DNA of 64,000 nt from a virus, in IMG/VR virus record IMGVR_UViG_3300044701_003572, positions 22,379 to 86,378 of that record; one strand, given 5' to 3'. Each line of letters starts with the position of its first letter. The first letter of the stretch is position 1. The notes under the pieces were generated by a model. The model did no database searches and was not told the origin of the DNA. It saw only the letters and a program-made list of their open reading frames with translations. The position numbers and the translations under genes are program-made. Below, piece by piece: positions 19,901 to 29,566 of this stretch.

Positions 19901-22900
19901 GCTCATTAGAAACTTTAAAGGAATCTGCGGCTAGATCTTGAGACACTACCCAGTAATAACTATCGATACTGCCAATACCAGAAGGCAAACTAGATCCAGT
20001 ACCACTGGAATTAAATTTCAGCATAGTACCTGCCGTTAGACCGTGGGCTACTTTATTAAATACTCCAGGAGTTCCCGGAGTAACAGTATAGGTTACAAGA
20101 CTACTGGGAGTAGAATAGGGTTGGGAAATATACGCACCAACATCAACATAATTATAATTTTCACGAAGCTGGGTCAAGGCCAACCCAAACGGAATCATAT
20201 ATACAGTACCTGACAGAGTGATAACATCTGCAGATGTGTTCACCGGTGTTCCGCCGTCAACAGCAGAGATAGTAAATGTATAATCACTAGGAACAGATGT
20301 TATATAATATTCAGTAGCGAAGTCCGGATCAACATCCGCATCGATTGATTCTGGAACTGTGGCTCCAGAAGTGGCCTTAATAATTTTAACCTTATATCCT
20401 ATTTGCTGTCTATGTGCAATATCTGTAGTAATCACTCCCGGATTAGCGATCGAAATTCCTGTTATGGTAAATGTATCCCCGTCGTAGGCTGAATCGTATG
20501 CTGAAAAATCTAAAACACGATAGATGTCATTGGAGTCTGCTAGTTTAAGAGCTGTACTAGGGCGTGTAGCAACATCTACAACATCTCCTGTGAGCACAAC
20601 ATAACTATTCTGTCTGATAGTACATATCGCACCATTAGGAACACTGAACTGCAATCCTCCACTGCTGCTGATATTTAATTTGGTAAACTTAGTAGCTGCA
20701 TTGACAATCTCCACAGTGGATATTGAATATTTTACCAATGCACCGTTGTGATTTATTTCTAATTCGGATCCGTTTAACGGATTATAATCTTCATAATATC
20801 CGTAGATCGCAGTGCTAGCTTTTCGATTACTATACTGACTAGGAGTAGTAACCACAGTAAATCTCTGTGACAGTTTGTGGTATAAACTAACAGGAGTAGG
20901 TACTTCTAGTGGATCTGCTCCTTCAGCAACTAGAGCAAAGTTACCGTGAGAGCTAGATCCTCCGATCGATCTAATTTGTCCGCCGTTGATTGAATAATAG
21001 GATACATGACAGTAATAGGTAAACATCGATACCGCTTCAGTTAATCCACCGTTAGTAGCGATTAAACCATAACCTAAGTCGTTGACCTGTGTAAAGTCAT
21101 TGCTTAACATAGATCTATTACCAGGCATCAGCACTTCGTATATTCTTTCGTAGTTCAGTGTACCAGAACCCGTGCTAGTTATTTCTACCGGGTCACCGTC
21201 CGGCTCGTCTGAAAATCTAAATGTATTTGCAGTTTTACCACCTAACAATACATAATAGTCCTGACCGGCGGTGATACCGCTAGGTAAGACTCCGCCTGCT
21301 CCTAATGCGAATCGTATAGTCGCTCCACTTTGTAATCCATGACCTGTTTTATTGACAGTGGCTATATTTGAAGGATTAGTAAAAGTGAATGCCAGTGCAC
21401 CATAAGTTAAAGAAAATGGAGTTGTTTCGTCTAATTCAAACTGTGCAGTTGATCCTGCCGGGTCAAAAATATACTGTCTGAGATAATTAATTCTATATAC
21501 TTCGTCGTTGACGATAAATGAACAAGGCAGCTGCGGGGGTCTAATTAGCCCTGAGATCGCCAATCTTGTAGAAGTTATAGCATTAGTGATACGGAATTGT
21601 AGGTTACCGGTAAATCCGTCAACAAACATACCTCCACCGAATTTTTTGTAGCCGGTGCTTTTGCTGAATACAGCACCTTCTTGTGCGTACGGCGACTTAG
21701 CAAGAATTTGTCCTTCCGGGTCAAGTACCAACGCAAAACCACCATGGCCTTGCATAGTCATTGCTCTAAGTATTACAGCATCGTTACACAGGAATACATC
21801 GAGTTCGTCATTATTTTTCGGTAAATTACTAGGAGAATTTTCAATTATATCTAGAAGAACATCTATTAATATACCTACAGCCCCACCTTGAGGTGTAACA
21901 GTTCCTCCGCTACCTGGTACATAAGCAGTAAATCCAGCGCCATTTACACTGGTAGTAAGATTAAAATCTGTATATAAATCTATTCTAGTCGGTTGATTGG
22001 CGACAGTTTTCACATAATAGGTATTGCCATTGAGATTGGTCATGCTGCCGCCGGCTATTCCGGAAATGTCTATTTTTTCTTTGTCTGCATAACCGTGTGC
22101 TGCGGTAAAGGTTAATCTCACGGGATTGGCTTGAGATGCTGCGCTGATACTTCTTGGCAGAGCACCTGCTCCCCGTTCTGCTTGATACGCAGCATCGGCA
22201 ATCTGTGTAGCGGTGCTATAGATCTGTGACTCGTCTAATTCTATATTTTGTATAATTCGTTGAACTAGGTACTCTAATCTTTCAATAGCAGCTAGTGTTT
22301 CATCTAGCTGACTACTTATAGCTAGAGCTGCACTTTCATTATATGGGTCTCTGTACTTCAATGCAGCAGAAACAGTTCGATTATAACCTCCGTATTTCAA
22401 ATCGTATATCATTGAATCGATGATTAATCCTACATCTCGTTTACAGATTTCACTATTGTAGGAGAATGAACTAGTAAAGGGTGCTAGGTTTTCTTCTATT
22501 TGATAATCGATCCAAGATACTACTTCTGTTTGTAAAAATAATTTATTGCGGCTTAATAGTTCTGCAGCACTATTAAAAGACCCTTTATTGTTTACTATAG
22601 GATAGATAGGACTGTCTGAATTTTCCAAATAATGATAACCGAACAGTCTGTCTGATGTTACAAGACTGTCAATGCTTCTATCTCTTCTAAAATTTATTAA
22701 TGCCCATGGGCTAGTGCTAAATCCTAATTTAGGTCTTATTATAGTTCTTCTAAATTCATCACCGATAACAGCAACGTTTTGTGGAATTTTTATAGGTAAG
22801 TTTTCTTCATAAATACCGCTTTCTATGAACACAGATATCTGTACATTTCTAGTGATATCGCCATAGGCTATTCTTTCACCTTCTTGAAACGAACCGTAAA

Positions 22901-24488
22901 TGATATCAACATCAAATACTTCAGATAAATTACCGAATTCCGAAGTTCCGTCTAATGCACCTGTATGCGCTAAAATCTGAGCCAGAGCACCGGATGCTTC
23001 TCCATAAAGATACAACCCTTCTCTGATGTCTCTTCCACGTATAGCTTCCGGGGTACCTGTTAAAACATCGCCAGTAAAATCAGTTCTCTGACCATTAGTA
23101 AAGATTAAAAATCTCGGCAAGTCTACCACGCAGGTTGGGATTCCGGTGAACCCTGAACCTCTACTAGTGATAGTAAGTGTATCGATGCTGCCATCTATTT
23201 GATTTACAGTTGCAGTTCCAAAAGCGTTACTTCCTCCTCCGCCTACGAATCTCACTGATACTAGTGTATAACCTGTACCTGCACCTCCTTCATCAATCTC
23301 GACACTGTTAACGTTGAATGTGGTATTAAATGTAGCACCACTACCTGGTGTTGAACCACCATTGGAATTTGTTGCAGTGGTGCTTAATCTAACCGAACCA
23401 CTTATAACGCTGCCAGGGATTACTCTGTATTTTCCTGCGCTCAACTGCTTTATAGATAAAATTGGCCCTCTTCCGCCGCTGCCTTCGAATGCATCTACAT
23501 CTAATACTTCATACCTTGCCTGAAGACCTGTACCGCCAGATACTGTTAGTATGTCACCGATGGCATAGTTAGCACCGCCAAAATGTATAGAAATTTCATC
23601 TATGCTTACAAAAGTCGTACCCAAAAATCCCGAACCAGACAGGGGAGAAGTGCTAATATCAGTTAGATAACAAAAGTTAGCTCCGTCGTTATATGTTAGA
23701 ACTTTTTTGTAAGGTCCTATTTCTAATGGACTTTCGTTAATAATCTCTTCGGCTCGTTTTAATGCAGCTTCTATAGTTCTATATGCATATGCTAATGCTC
23801 TTCCTTGCAATGCGTTCGATACACCAACTCTAGAATCTTCTCCAGAAGTTGCAACATATAAGTTTGCTACACTGCCGAATGCAGACGCATCTACATATCT
23901 TTTAGTAGCTGCGATCAGTCCGTTATAAGTTTCGTCGTCGTCTGGTTCGGGGTCTCTAGATAAAATTAATGGACCGGTCATTCTACCAAACGCTGAAGTA
24001 GGTTGACCACCATCTGGATCTATAGCTTCCACGCCCGCTAGAGATATTTTTGTATCAACATATCCTTTATTAGCAGCCTCGTCGCTGGTCACAGGAGTTG
24101 CAAGATCTTGAATACGGAATTGAGTATTGGCTGATTGCGCTGAAAGATTACCACCTAATTGTGGATTTTTATCTCCGGATATGGAAGAAAATAGCGAGGA
24201 TATAGATATAGATGAAGGAGTATTATTGATACTAACACCATTACCCCCAACAATAGATTTAAAAACTACCTGTCCGCCCCCTTCTTCACTAACAGCCAGT
24301 ACTCTATTATCTTGTCCTTGAAATGAATTTGGTGTTTGATCTAGCCCTGTAAAGGACAATCTTTCACCTAGTCCCAATGAACCGTAGAGTTCTCTAAAAT
24401 TATCATTAACTTTTCGGAACGCATCGCGGATACTATCGCCGGTGCCGTCATTGCCTAGTGTACCAATATCTATCGAGTTTCTTGCCAT
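16905..24488 (-). CDS. giant (2527 aa) tail/baseplate protein with FCCH-like repeats and a C-terminal peptidase-G2-like autochaperone
   Basis: gp9/10-like N-terminus; ANP...AHG repeats; C-terminal ADLAEYY...ALQGRVPCKVVG...GKAL; TAAATA at 24518-24523. Confidence 0.75.
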   Translation of the reverse strand: MARNSIDIGTLGNDGTGDSIRDAFRKVNDNFRELYGSLGLGERLSFTGLDQTPNSFQGQDNRVLAVSEEGGGQVVFKSIVGGNGVSINNTPSSISISSLFSSISGDKNPQLGGNLSAQSANTQFRIQDLATPVTSDEAANKGYVDTKISLAGVEAIDPDGGQPTSAFGRMTGPLILSRDPEPDDDETYNGLIAATKRYVDASAFGSVANLYVATSGEDSRVGVSNALQGRALAYAYRTIEAALKRAEEIINESPLEIGPYKKVLTYNDGANFCYLTDISTSPLSGSGFLGTTFVSIDEISIHFGGANYAIGDILTVSGGTGLQARYEVLDVDAFEGSGGRGPILSIKQLSAGKYRVIPGSVISGSVRLSTTATNSNGGSTPGSGATFNTTFNVNSVEIDEGGAGTGYTLVSVRFVGGGGSNAFGTATVNQIDGSIDTLTITSRGSGFTGIPTCVVDLPRFLIFTNGQRTDFTGDVLTGTPEAIRGRDIREGLYLYGEASGALAQILAHTGALDGTSEFGNLSEVFDVDIIYGSFQEGERIAYGDITRNVQISVFIESGIYEENLPIKIPQNVAVIGDEFRRTIIRPKLGFSTSPWALINFRRDRSIDSLVTSDRLFGYHYLENSDSPIYPIVNNKGSFNSAAELLSRNKLFLQTEVVSWIDYQIEENLAPFTSSFSYNSEICKRDVGLIIDSMIYDLKYGGYNRTVSAALKYRDPYNESAALAISSQLDETLAAIERLEYLVQRIIQNIELDESQIYSTATQIADAAYQAERGAGALPRSISAASQANPVRLTFTAAHGYADKEKIDISGIAGGSMTNLNGNTYYVKTVANQPTRIDLYTDFNLTTSVNGAGFTAYVPGSGGTVTPQGGAVGILIDVLLDIIENSPSNLPKNNDELDVFLCNDAVILRAMTMQGHGGFALVLDPEGQILAKSPYAQEGAVFSKSTGYKKFGGGMFVDGFTGNLQFRITNAITSTRLAISGLIRPPQLPCSFIVNDEVYRINYLRQYIFDPAGSTAQFELDETTPFSLTYGALAFTFTNPSNIATVNKTGHGLQSGATIRFALGAGGVLPSGITAGQDYYVLLGGKTANTFRFSDEPDGDPVEITSTGSGTLNYERIYEVLMPGNRSMLSNDFTQVNDLGYGLIATNGGLTEAVSMFTYYCHVSYYSINGGQIRSIGGSSSHGNFALVAEGADPLEVPTPVSLYHKLSQRFTVVTTPSQYSNRKASTAIYGYYEDYNPLNGSELEINHNGALVKYSISTVEIVNAATKFTKLNISSSGGLQFSVPNGAICTIRQNSYVVLTGDVVDVATRPSTALKLADSNDIYRVLDFSAYDSAYDGDTFTITGISIANPGVITTDIAHRQQIGYKVKIIKATSGATVPESIDADVDPDFATEYYITSVPSDYTFTISAVDGGTPVNTSADVITLSGTVYMIPFGLALTQLRENYNYVDVGAYISQPYSTPSSLVTYTVTPGTPGVFNKVAHGLTAGTMLKFNSSGTGSSLPSGIGSIDSYYWVVSQDLAADSFKVSNEPPIDSTLIGVGGTLSGTTITGLACTENIAAGDRLVSRPNITSVSGVSTATLATLTFIKQPRPPYLANQSITVSGFGGGGTSLNGTKTVISCTTTTVTYANSTIVASASGGTITVVATGSLGTDPTVLTIVSETSITIDSTSPSNGTVVFNIEKPELNVSTTGVGTQVYGTLIGGQNSTTLAVGDLSILDAQRVNNGIAAGTEYEFVYQGTTYQITNYQSKASLGTLYGLITVSPAFDISPISFDSQITLKAGIPVYSSFALGTLTIRISLTRVTSHDLLDIGTGSYADTNYPNEIYGQAVNSIDSVPLAATSIDEEGNAVTRAQTQERGSGRVFFVTTDQFGNFSVGPYFRVDQGTGSVTFAASLALSNLDGLGFKRGATIAEFSTDDNMADPQQDTVPTESAIVGYIERRLGTRAASGAAVAAESRIPNNTGGFLALSGILDWEGPDNLKMSNYKIVNLADPENPQDAVNLRSLTISNIDDFDLDNIRGGDLAIFTGAESIITNAEISSGGDITLSLDSTAHSVTLNVQNDKIVNSQINSAAAIDQSKLSLNNAYATSVASILSVSATGTGSVVTLSFASTTTAVFTAGQKIIVSGFAAGTPSYNGIYTVSTCTATQITYAGTKTGSESGGSVTALKGISGFDSSQFDVTNGWASLKTNGIPTGKLQQITTKTALANNSAGTDNVAAVAFTTIVEEGGAILKSQYSSLGFLRKTGAGASDYGMIAGTDLATGSTVAVRSSGGNIAFSDVTANRLLLNNDAVTPVAQTILDLTGAGTGGYTQLYGYNGSGASVGAIFVGDGTVANDKKTLYYNESHIFYTQNGLSNAPITCGNVTSTGTVSVYSLSAGNTGSTATVSGTWTLNAGARFQATYSADLAEYYEGDREYEVGTVLVFGGDKEVTVSTKERDHRVAGIISDNAGYVMNGACPGYKNLIALQGRVPCKVVGKVNKGDLMVTSNIPGVAVSAKGSASSGTILGKALADYDSDHIGTIELAVGRA

Positions 24489-24557
24489 AATAATTCCTAA
24501 GAATATGAATTTCTAAGTATTTAGCCCAAAATTCTGTAAGCCTAATGTAAATACTTG

Positions 24558-24845
24558 ATGTTTCTAAAAACAGAAATTGAATCTACAGAATATGTTCGAG
24601 TCAGCAAGTTAGGCAAAGAACATAGGTATAAAAGAAAAAAGACCTTAGCGGTCTTTAGATGTGATAACTGTGATCAAATTTTTAAGAGAGAACTTAAAAA
24701 AATACACAGTAAAAGATTAAGTAACAATTATTTTCATTGTTGTTCAAACTGCGATGCAAAGAAATTTGCTCAACGAAAAGGAGTGGAGCGAAAGAAAATA
24801 TGGGATATGCCAGCTAGTTTAGAGTGGCCAGTGTCTAAATTCTAA
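24558..24845 (+). CDS. small basic Zn-finger-like protein
   Basis: CDNC and CCSNC; ATG lies 4 nt after TAAATA (24548-24553). Confidence 0.6.
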   Translation: MFLKTEIESTEYVRVSKLGKEHRYKRKKTLAVFRCDNCDQIFKRELKKIHSKRLSNNYFHCCSNCDAKKFAQRKGVERKKIWDMPASLEWPVSKF

Positions 24846-25155
24846 AACTTTCGCCGCAGCCACAGCGGTCTCGTTCGTTAGGATTAATAAAATCAAAACC
24901 TTCGTTTAAGCCTTTTTTTAGCCAATCCATAGTCAAACCGTTTAGATAAGGCATAGCTTTAGGATCTACGAATATATGTATCCCTTCGCTAACAAAGCTA
25001 AGATCTTCCTGTATAGGATTGTCGACGTATTCTATAGTATATGCAAGTCCGCTACAGCCTGTGGTTTTTACACCGATTTTAATTCCGTGTCCTTTGCCTC
25101 TATGTTCTAGATGATGTTTTACTTTGTTAGCTGCTAACGGTGTTAGTGATATCAT
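24835..25155 (-). CDS. iscA: Fe-S cluster A-type carrier IscA
   Basis: TTGCSGLAY and CGCGESF motifs. Confidence 0.95.
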   Translation of the reverse strand: MISLTPLAANKVKHHLEHRGKGHGIKIGVKTTGCSGLAYTIEYVDNPIQEDLSFVSEGIHIFVDPKAMPYLNGLTMDWLKKGLNEGFDFINPNERDRCGCGESFRI

Positions 25156-25531
25156 GTTTGGCTTTATAATCAGCTACTGCGGCTTTGATCGCATCTTCGG
25201 CTAGAATACTACAGTGTATTTTAACTGGCGGCAAGGCTAGCTCTTCGGCGATAGCGGAGTTTTTAATTGTTCCTGCTTCGTCGAGGGTTTTTCCTTTGAG
25301 CCATTCTGTAACGAGGCTCGAGCTTGCGATAGCCGATCCGCAGCCATACGTTTTAAATTTTGCATCTGTAATAATACCTGTATCATCATCGACCTTAATC
25401 TGTAGTTTCATAACATCTCCGCAGGCAGGAGCACCAACCATACCGGTGCCCACCTCCGGATCATTCTTATCAAAGCTACCCACGTTACGAGGGTTCTCGT
25501 AGTGGTCAATAACTCTGTCAGAATATGCCAT
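25127..25531 (-). CDS. iscU: Fe-S scaffold IscU
   Basis: GAPACGDVM, GCGSAIAS and LPPVKIHCS motifs. Confidence 0.97.
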   Translation of the reverse strand: MAYSDRVIDHYENPRNVGSFDKNDPEVGTGMVGAPACGDVMKLQIKVDDDTGIITDAKFKTYGCGSAIASSSLVTEWLKGKTLDEAGTIKNSAIAEELALPPVKIHCSILAEDAIKAAVADYKAKHDITNTVSS

Positions 25532-25540
25532 ACTATCTCC

Positions 25541-25660
25541 TTATTGTTTCTTAGCAATCATTGCCTGAATTTTTTCCTGTACGATCTTAGCCCAAAATGG
25601 CTGTGGAAAATTCCATCCAATAAATGCCCCGACTGCTACCCATAATAGTGTATCTAACAT
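25541..25660 (-). CDS. small membrane peptide (39 aa)
   Basis: Not in track; AGGAG RBS; MLDTLLWVAVGAFIGWNFPQPFWAKIVQEKIQAMIAKKQ. Confidence 0.65.
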   Translation of the reverse strand: MLDTLLWVAVGAFIGWNFPQPFWAKIVQEKIQAMIAKKQ

Positions 25661-25661
25661 T

Positions 25662-26219
25662 TTACGCTCCTTGTAAACGGATATCAACAACTTCCCAGTT
25701 GATGATTCTCCATATATTATTTAAGTACTTTGCTTTGTCTTGTTGATAATCCAGTGCCCAAGCGTGTTCCCAAGCATCTATCAACAGAGCAATTTTCATA
25801 TTCTTTTTATATTCGTGATTATGTATTGTGTGCAGTTTGCCGGAGGTATCCATATAGATCCAATTGGATCCTTGAGCGGCCATGAACTCTTTTTCAAAAG
25901 CCTCTTTAAACTTTTCAAAATTTCCATAATTATCTTCGATTAGGGTCTTACTGATCCCCTCTGGTTTATTAGCAGCTCTAGGTGGGGTAAGATTAGCAAA
26001 GAAAATATTATGTAACATAGCACCACCGTAGTTAAAATCCGGGTCGCCTTCACCTTTGTTGTAACGTTCAGAGTATTTGGCAGCTAATCCGTCGTAATGA
26101 TATTTAACGGTATCTTCGCTCATCACAGGCTCTAACTCGTTTTTATCAAACTTGAGTTTATCTTGACGGATTTCGCTCTTGTCTTTGTTTTCTGTTATAC
26201 TTTTAATAAAATGTAGCAT
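25662..26219 (-). CDS. Fe/Mn superoxide dismutase (divergent)
   Basis: YHY, LHNIFF and DAWEHAW metal-ligand motifs; start MLHF lies 5 nt after TAAATA (26225-26230). Confidence 0.85.
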   Translation of the reverse strand: MLHFIKSITENKDKSEIRQDKLKFDKNELEPVMSEDTVKYHYDGLAAKYSERYNKGEGDPDFNYGGAMLHNIFFANLTPPRAANKPEGISKTLIEDNYGNFEKFKEAFEKEFMAAQGSNWIYMDTSGKLHTIHNHEYKKNMKIALLIDAWEHAWALDYQQDKAKYLNNIWRIINWEVVDIRLQGA

Positions 26220-26262
26220 ATGCATATTTACCGTGCTAAATAAACCACAAGGAGAAAAACCT

Positions 26263-26571
26263 ATGGAAATCGTACTTCTAGCAATCGCCGCAGTGGTAAT
26301 TGGTGCTTTTGTTTATTACAATCGTTCTTCAAAAGGACTCGATGTAAACAATGATGGCAAAGTTGACGCTGCTGATGCCAAGGCTGCTGTTCAAAATGTC
26401 GTTGAGGGTGTAAAAGCCACCGCCGATGTTAACAAGGACGGAAAAGTTGATTCTGCAGATGTAGCAGTGGTAAAAGAAAAGGTCAAGACAGTTGCCAAAA
26501 AGACAACAGCCAAGGCCAAAGAAACTGTTACGAAAGCAACAACTCGCGGTCGCAAGCCAAAGGCTCAATAA
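26263..26571 (+). CDS. membrane protein with two EF-hand/dockerin-like motifs and a Lys/Ala/Thr-rich tail
   Basis: AAGGAG RBS; TM helix; DVNNDGKVDAAD and DVNKDGKVDSAD. Confidence 0.7.
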   Translation: MEIVLLAIAAVVIGAFVYYNRSSKGLDVNNDGKVDAADAKAAVQNVVEGVKATADVNKDGKVDSADVAVVKEKVKTVAKKTTAKAKETVTKATTRGRKPKAQ

Positions 26572-27586
26572 TCTTTTGAGCCTCTTCGTAAAGTGCAAAT
26601 GAAGCTAGATTCTTAGCTTTGCTTTCGCACATTATATCGAAGTCATCCCTAAAACTCAGTGCCCATTGATTCGCTGCTGTATTCCAGTAGAAGTTTGAAT
26701 GCGCTCTGAGTTTTGCTTTTTTGTGTCCGGATTCTAGTAGCGTCCGAAGATCGGGACGGATGTGTCTGGGATGGTCATTAAGATGCTCTTCCCGTGAAAC
26801 ACTATAATGTATGACAGGACGCACACCACGCCAGCTATCAATAATCCTTTTAACACGGTCGTCATTCGCATTTATATATTCTCCTGTGTGTATCCAATGA
26901 TGGTGTATGTCTAATACTAGAGCACAATGATCGACTAGTTCTAGGCTAGAATCAATACCCCAACTAATTTCGTCGTTCTCAATAGTTAGTGTATTGCGAG
27001 CCTCTGGAGTCATGCGAGCCAACGCAGCAACGATTCCCATTGGGCCTTGTCTACCTGCGATATGAACGTTGATTTTAAAGTCTTGAAACGTTCGGCCAAA
27101 TCCCATCCAGCGAGCCATGTCCACATGATATTCAAACTCCTCTATACTTCTATTTACAATATCTGGATTATCGCTAGCAAGGACAGTAAACTGCCCAGGA
27201 TGAAAACTAAGGCGAACACCCCTCTTGCGAGCCAAATCCCCCACGGCTCGAAATGCTGTTTCACAATAGGCTCGGACATCGGAAGTCCGCCAAAACCAAC
27301 TCCAAGTTGGCTCAGTGTACACAGGAAGGATATCGCTGCTGAGTCGTACCATTCTAAGATTTTCATCTAGTTCTCCTACTCGTTCCACAAGCAAGCGGCA
27401 CGATTCAATGTTCTGTTCCATAAGGGACCAGAGTTTTTCAGTAGCCACGTCCTTAGTCTGTCTATTTAACCAGGCTACGGTGGTACTACCGGTATTGTAT
27501 TTTTTACAATCATCTTTGGGTTTAATGCCGTCTACTTGATCGGAACGGTCGATCCATTTGCAGGCAAAGCCAATACGCTTGATCAT
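26528..27586 (-). CDS. uvsE: UV-damage endonuclease UvsE/UVDE
   Basis: RIGFAC, RLSSD, SFHPGQF, IENDE, LDIHHH and MCESKAK motifs. Confidence 0.9.
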   Translation of the reverse strand: MIKRIGFACKWIDRSDQVDGIKPKDDCKKYNTGSTTVAWLNRQTKDVATEKLWSLMEQNIESCRLLVERVGELDENLRMVRLSSDILPVYTEPTWSWFWRTSDVRAYCETAFRAVGDLARKRGVRLSFHPGQFTVLASDNPDIVNRSIEEFEYHVDMARWMGFGRTFQDFKINVHIAGRQGPMGIVAALARMTPEARNTLTIENDEISWGIDSSLELVDHCALVLDIHHHWIHTGEYINANDDRVKRIIDSWRGVRPVIHYSVSREEHLNDHPRHIRPDLRTLLESGHKKAKLRAHSNFYWNTAANQWALSFRDDFDIMCESKAKNLASFALYEEAQKIIEPLACDRELLLS

Positions 27587-27754
27587 TTAATGTACCGCTT
27601 TCTTAGCATCTACTTCGCACTCAACTACCCAATTATTAAATTCGGTAAATTTGTTTACTTCAACTCCTAGTCCAACGGCTTCATTTACAAAGTGCTGCAG
27701 AAGTGCATTATAAAGCTCGTCGGGCATTGTGTTTTTATCAAATTTAATTTTCAT
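27587..27754 (-). CDS. hypothetical protein (55 aa)
   Basis: Not in track; MKIKFDKNTMPDELYNALLQHF...; sits just after a sigma70 promoter. Confidence 0.6.
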   Translation of the reverse strand: MKIKFDKNTMPDELYNALLQHFVNEAVGLGVEVNKFTEFNNWVVECEVDAKKAVH

Positions 27755-27760
27755 AATACA

Positions 27761-27789
27761 AGTATAACACCATCAGCACCAGTTGTCAA
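27761..27789 (-). promoter_or_regulatory. sigma70-type promoter
   Basis: TTGACA-N17-TATACT with extended TG. Confidence 0.7.
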
Positions 27790-28561
27790 CAACAAACTTG
27801 TCTCTAACGTCTTGAGGTTTTGGATCACCGTGGAATACTGCCACGCAGCATTCTGGACTTATATTGAGATTATCCTGAGTGTCTTTAAAAAATCGTTTAC
27901 CCTTTTCATAGATCAGCTCTTCTCTTTTTCGTATTTCCCACTTGTAACTTAATATCCAATCGGTGGGCCAATATTTGATTTTATTGAAACTTACTTTATA
28001 GATCCAATCTTGGTCACCCTGCAATCTTTGAGCCTCAGATGGGTTAACCATAAATTTTTCATATATTTCTGTTTGGGAACCGTGTCTCCAAGACATCACA
28101 GAACTGTTAACAATTTTCCAATTGTTATAAAATTTTCTATTAAAATCTTGTATACCGTAAAAACCGTTACCTAAATTTGTCACTAACTTATTGATGTTAG
28201 CGTGTATTACAACATCCAAATCAAAATATAAGATTCTACCGTGTACCGGTAATCGAGAATCGAACATATGAACTTTGTGCCACCAAAGTTTTTTATAAGG
28301 ACCTGTTGGTTGATAGATGTTTCTAACTCCGTCAATTGTGTGACGATCGTCAGTTAGACAAACAAATTCATAGGGAACAGTAAGATGTCTTGCGACCATG
28401 TTGCGGAGACGTTCAACATATTCTCTACCGTATCGTGTACCAAATCTCACACAGAGAACGGTGACTTTATCATCTTCAGCTGAAATTACAGATTGTTGAT
28501 TAAATTTTTCTGCACGTTTTTCCGCTTTAAGACGTCTACGTTCTTCTTTTGACAATTCCAT
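27773..28561 (-). CDS. GT-A glycosyltransferase (GT8-like)
   Basis: CLTDD, FDLDVVI (DxD), NSSVM, GDQDWI and FHGDPKP motifs. Confidence 0.75.
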   Translation of the reverse strand: MELSKEERRRLKAEKRAEKFNQQSVISAEDDKVTVLCVRFGTRYGREYVERLRNMVARHLTVPYEFVCLTDDRHTIDGVRNIYQPTGPYKKLWWHKVHMFDSRLPVHGRILYFDLDVVIHANINKLVTNLGNGFYGIQDFNRKFYNNWKIVNSSVMSWRHGSQTEIYEKFMVNPSEAQRLQGDQDWIYKVSFNKIKYWPTDWILSYKWEIRKREELIYEKGKRFFKDTQDNLNISPECCVAVFHGDPKPQDVRDKFVVDNWC

Positions 28562-29366
28562 CGATAGCCACCAATTCTTCTAATAGTTCTTTTAATTTAT
28601 CTAGACGAACCATATTTGGACCGTCGCTTGGAGCATTGTCTGGATTTTCGTGAGTTTCGATAAAAACTCCAGCAACACAACCTGTAGCTACAGCAGCTCT
28701 CGCCAGGTAGGGTACCATGGTCCGATCTCCACCAGATCGTTCTCCCATTCCTCCAGGTTGCTGTACACTATGAGTGGCATCAAAGACCACTGGATACCCG
28801 GTGCTTGCCATAATAGGCAAACTGCGCATATCCACAACAAGATTGTTATATCCATGGGTGTATCCTCTTTCGCATAACATAACTCGATCATTCCCGGTAG
28901 ATGCTATTTTTTCTGCGACATTTTTCATGTCGTGCGGTGCTAAGAATTGTCCCTTCTTAACATTAACAGCCTTACCGGTACTACCTGCTGCTAGTAGCAA
29001 GTCAGTTTGTCTACATAAAAAAGCTGGTATCTGTAACACATCTGTGCCAGCACTGGCAACTAACTCTGCCTGCCAGCACTCATGAATATCAGTCAATATA
29101 GGCATACCAAAAAGATGTTTAACAGAATTTAATATTTGTAAACCCTTTTCTAATCCGACACCTCTTTTAGTGTTTATACTGGATCTGTTAGCTTTATCGA
29201 AACTGCTTTTATAGATCAAACCAATATTAAGATCATCGCAGATTTCTTTAATTGATCCTGCTGTTTGATGAGCATGATCTTGACTTTCTATTTGACAAGG
29301 GCCAGCGATTAAAAATATTTTGTTCTTATTGCTGATCTCTACGTGGTTGATTGAAAATGTATGCAT
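28536..29366 (-). CDS. kdsA: KDO 8-phosphate synthase
   Basis: [36 protein letters not shown] and APSDG motifs. Confidence 0.95.
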   Translation of the reverse strand: MHTFSINHVEISNKNKIFLIAGPCQIESQDHAHQTAGSIKEICDDLNIGLIYKSSFDKANRSSINTKRGVGLEKGLQILNSVKHLFGMPILTDIHECWQAELVASAGTDVLQIPAFLCRQTDLLLAAGSTGKAVNVKKGQFLAPHDMKNVAEKIASTGNDRVMLCERGYTHGYNNLVVDMRSLPIMASTGYPVVFDATHSVQQPGGMGERSGGDRTMVPYLARAAVATGCVAGVFIETHENPDNAPSDGPNMVRLDKLKELLEELVAIDGIVKRRT

Positions 29367-29374
29367 ATTATTAT

Positions 29375-29566
29375 TTACCAGTGTCTAATGACATTGGCAA
29401 TAATGAACAGGCAAGTAACTACGTGGATAACTACCCAAAAAGTTTTTAGAAACAAAGCTATTCTAGCTTCTCGAATAGTGAGAATAGGCACATCTGGCCT
29501 ATCCTCGTCAGTTCTGCCCATTAAATGGCCAGTAGCCCTAGCCCAGATTTTTTCTAAACTGTTCAT
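29375..29566 (-). CDS. small membrane protein
   Basis: 63 aa ORF coupled to queD; C-terminal TM helix. Confidence 0.6.
   Translation of the reverse strand: MNSLEKIWARATGHLMGRTDEDRPDVPILTIREARIALFLKTFWVVIHVVTCLFIIANVIRHW

Noticed and set aside
12036-24321. Many plus-strand ORFs opposite the tail genes
   Set aside because: They are antisense shadows of Gly/Thr/Ser-rich coding sequence with no RBS or motifs.
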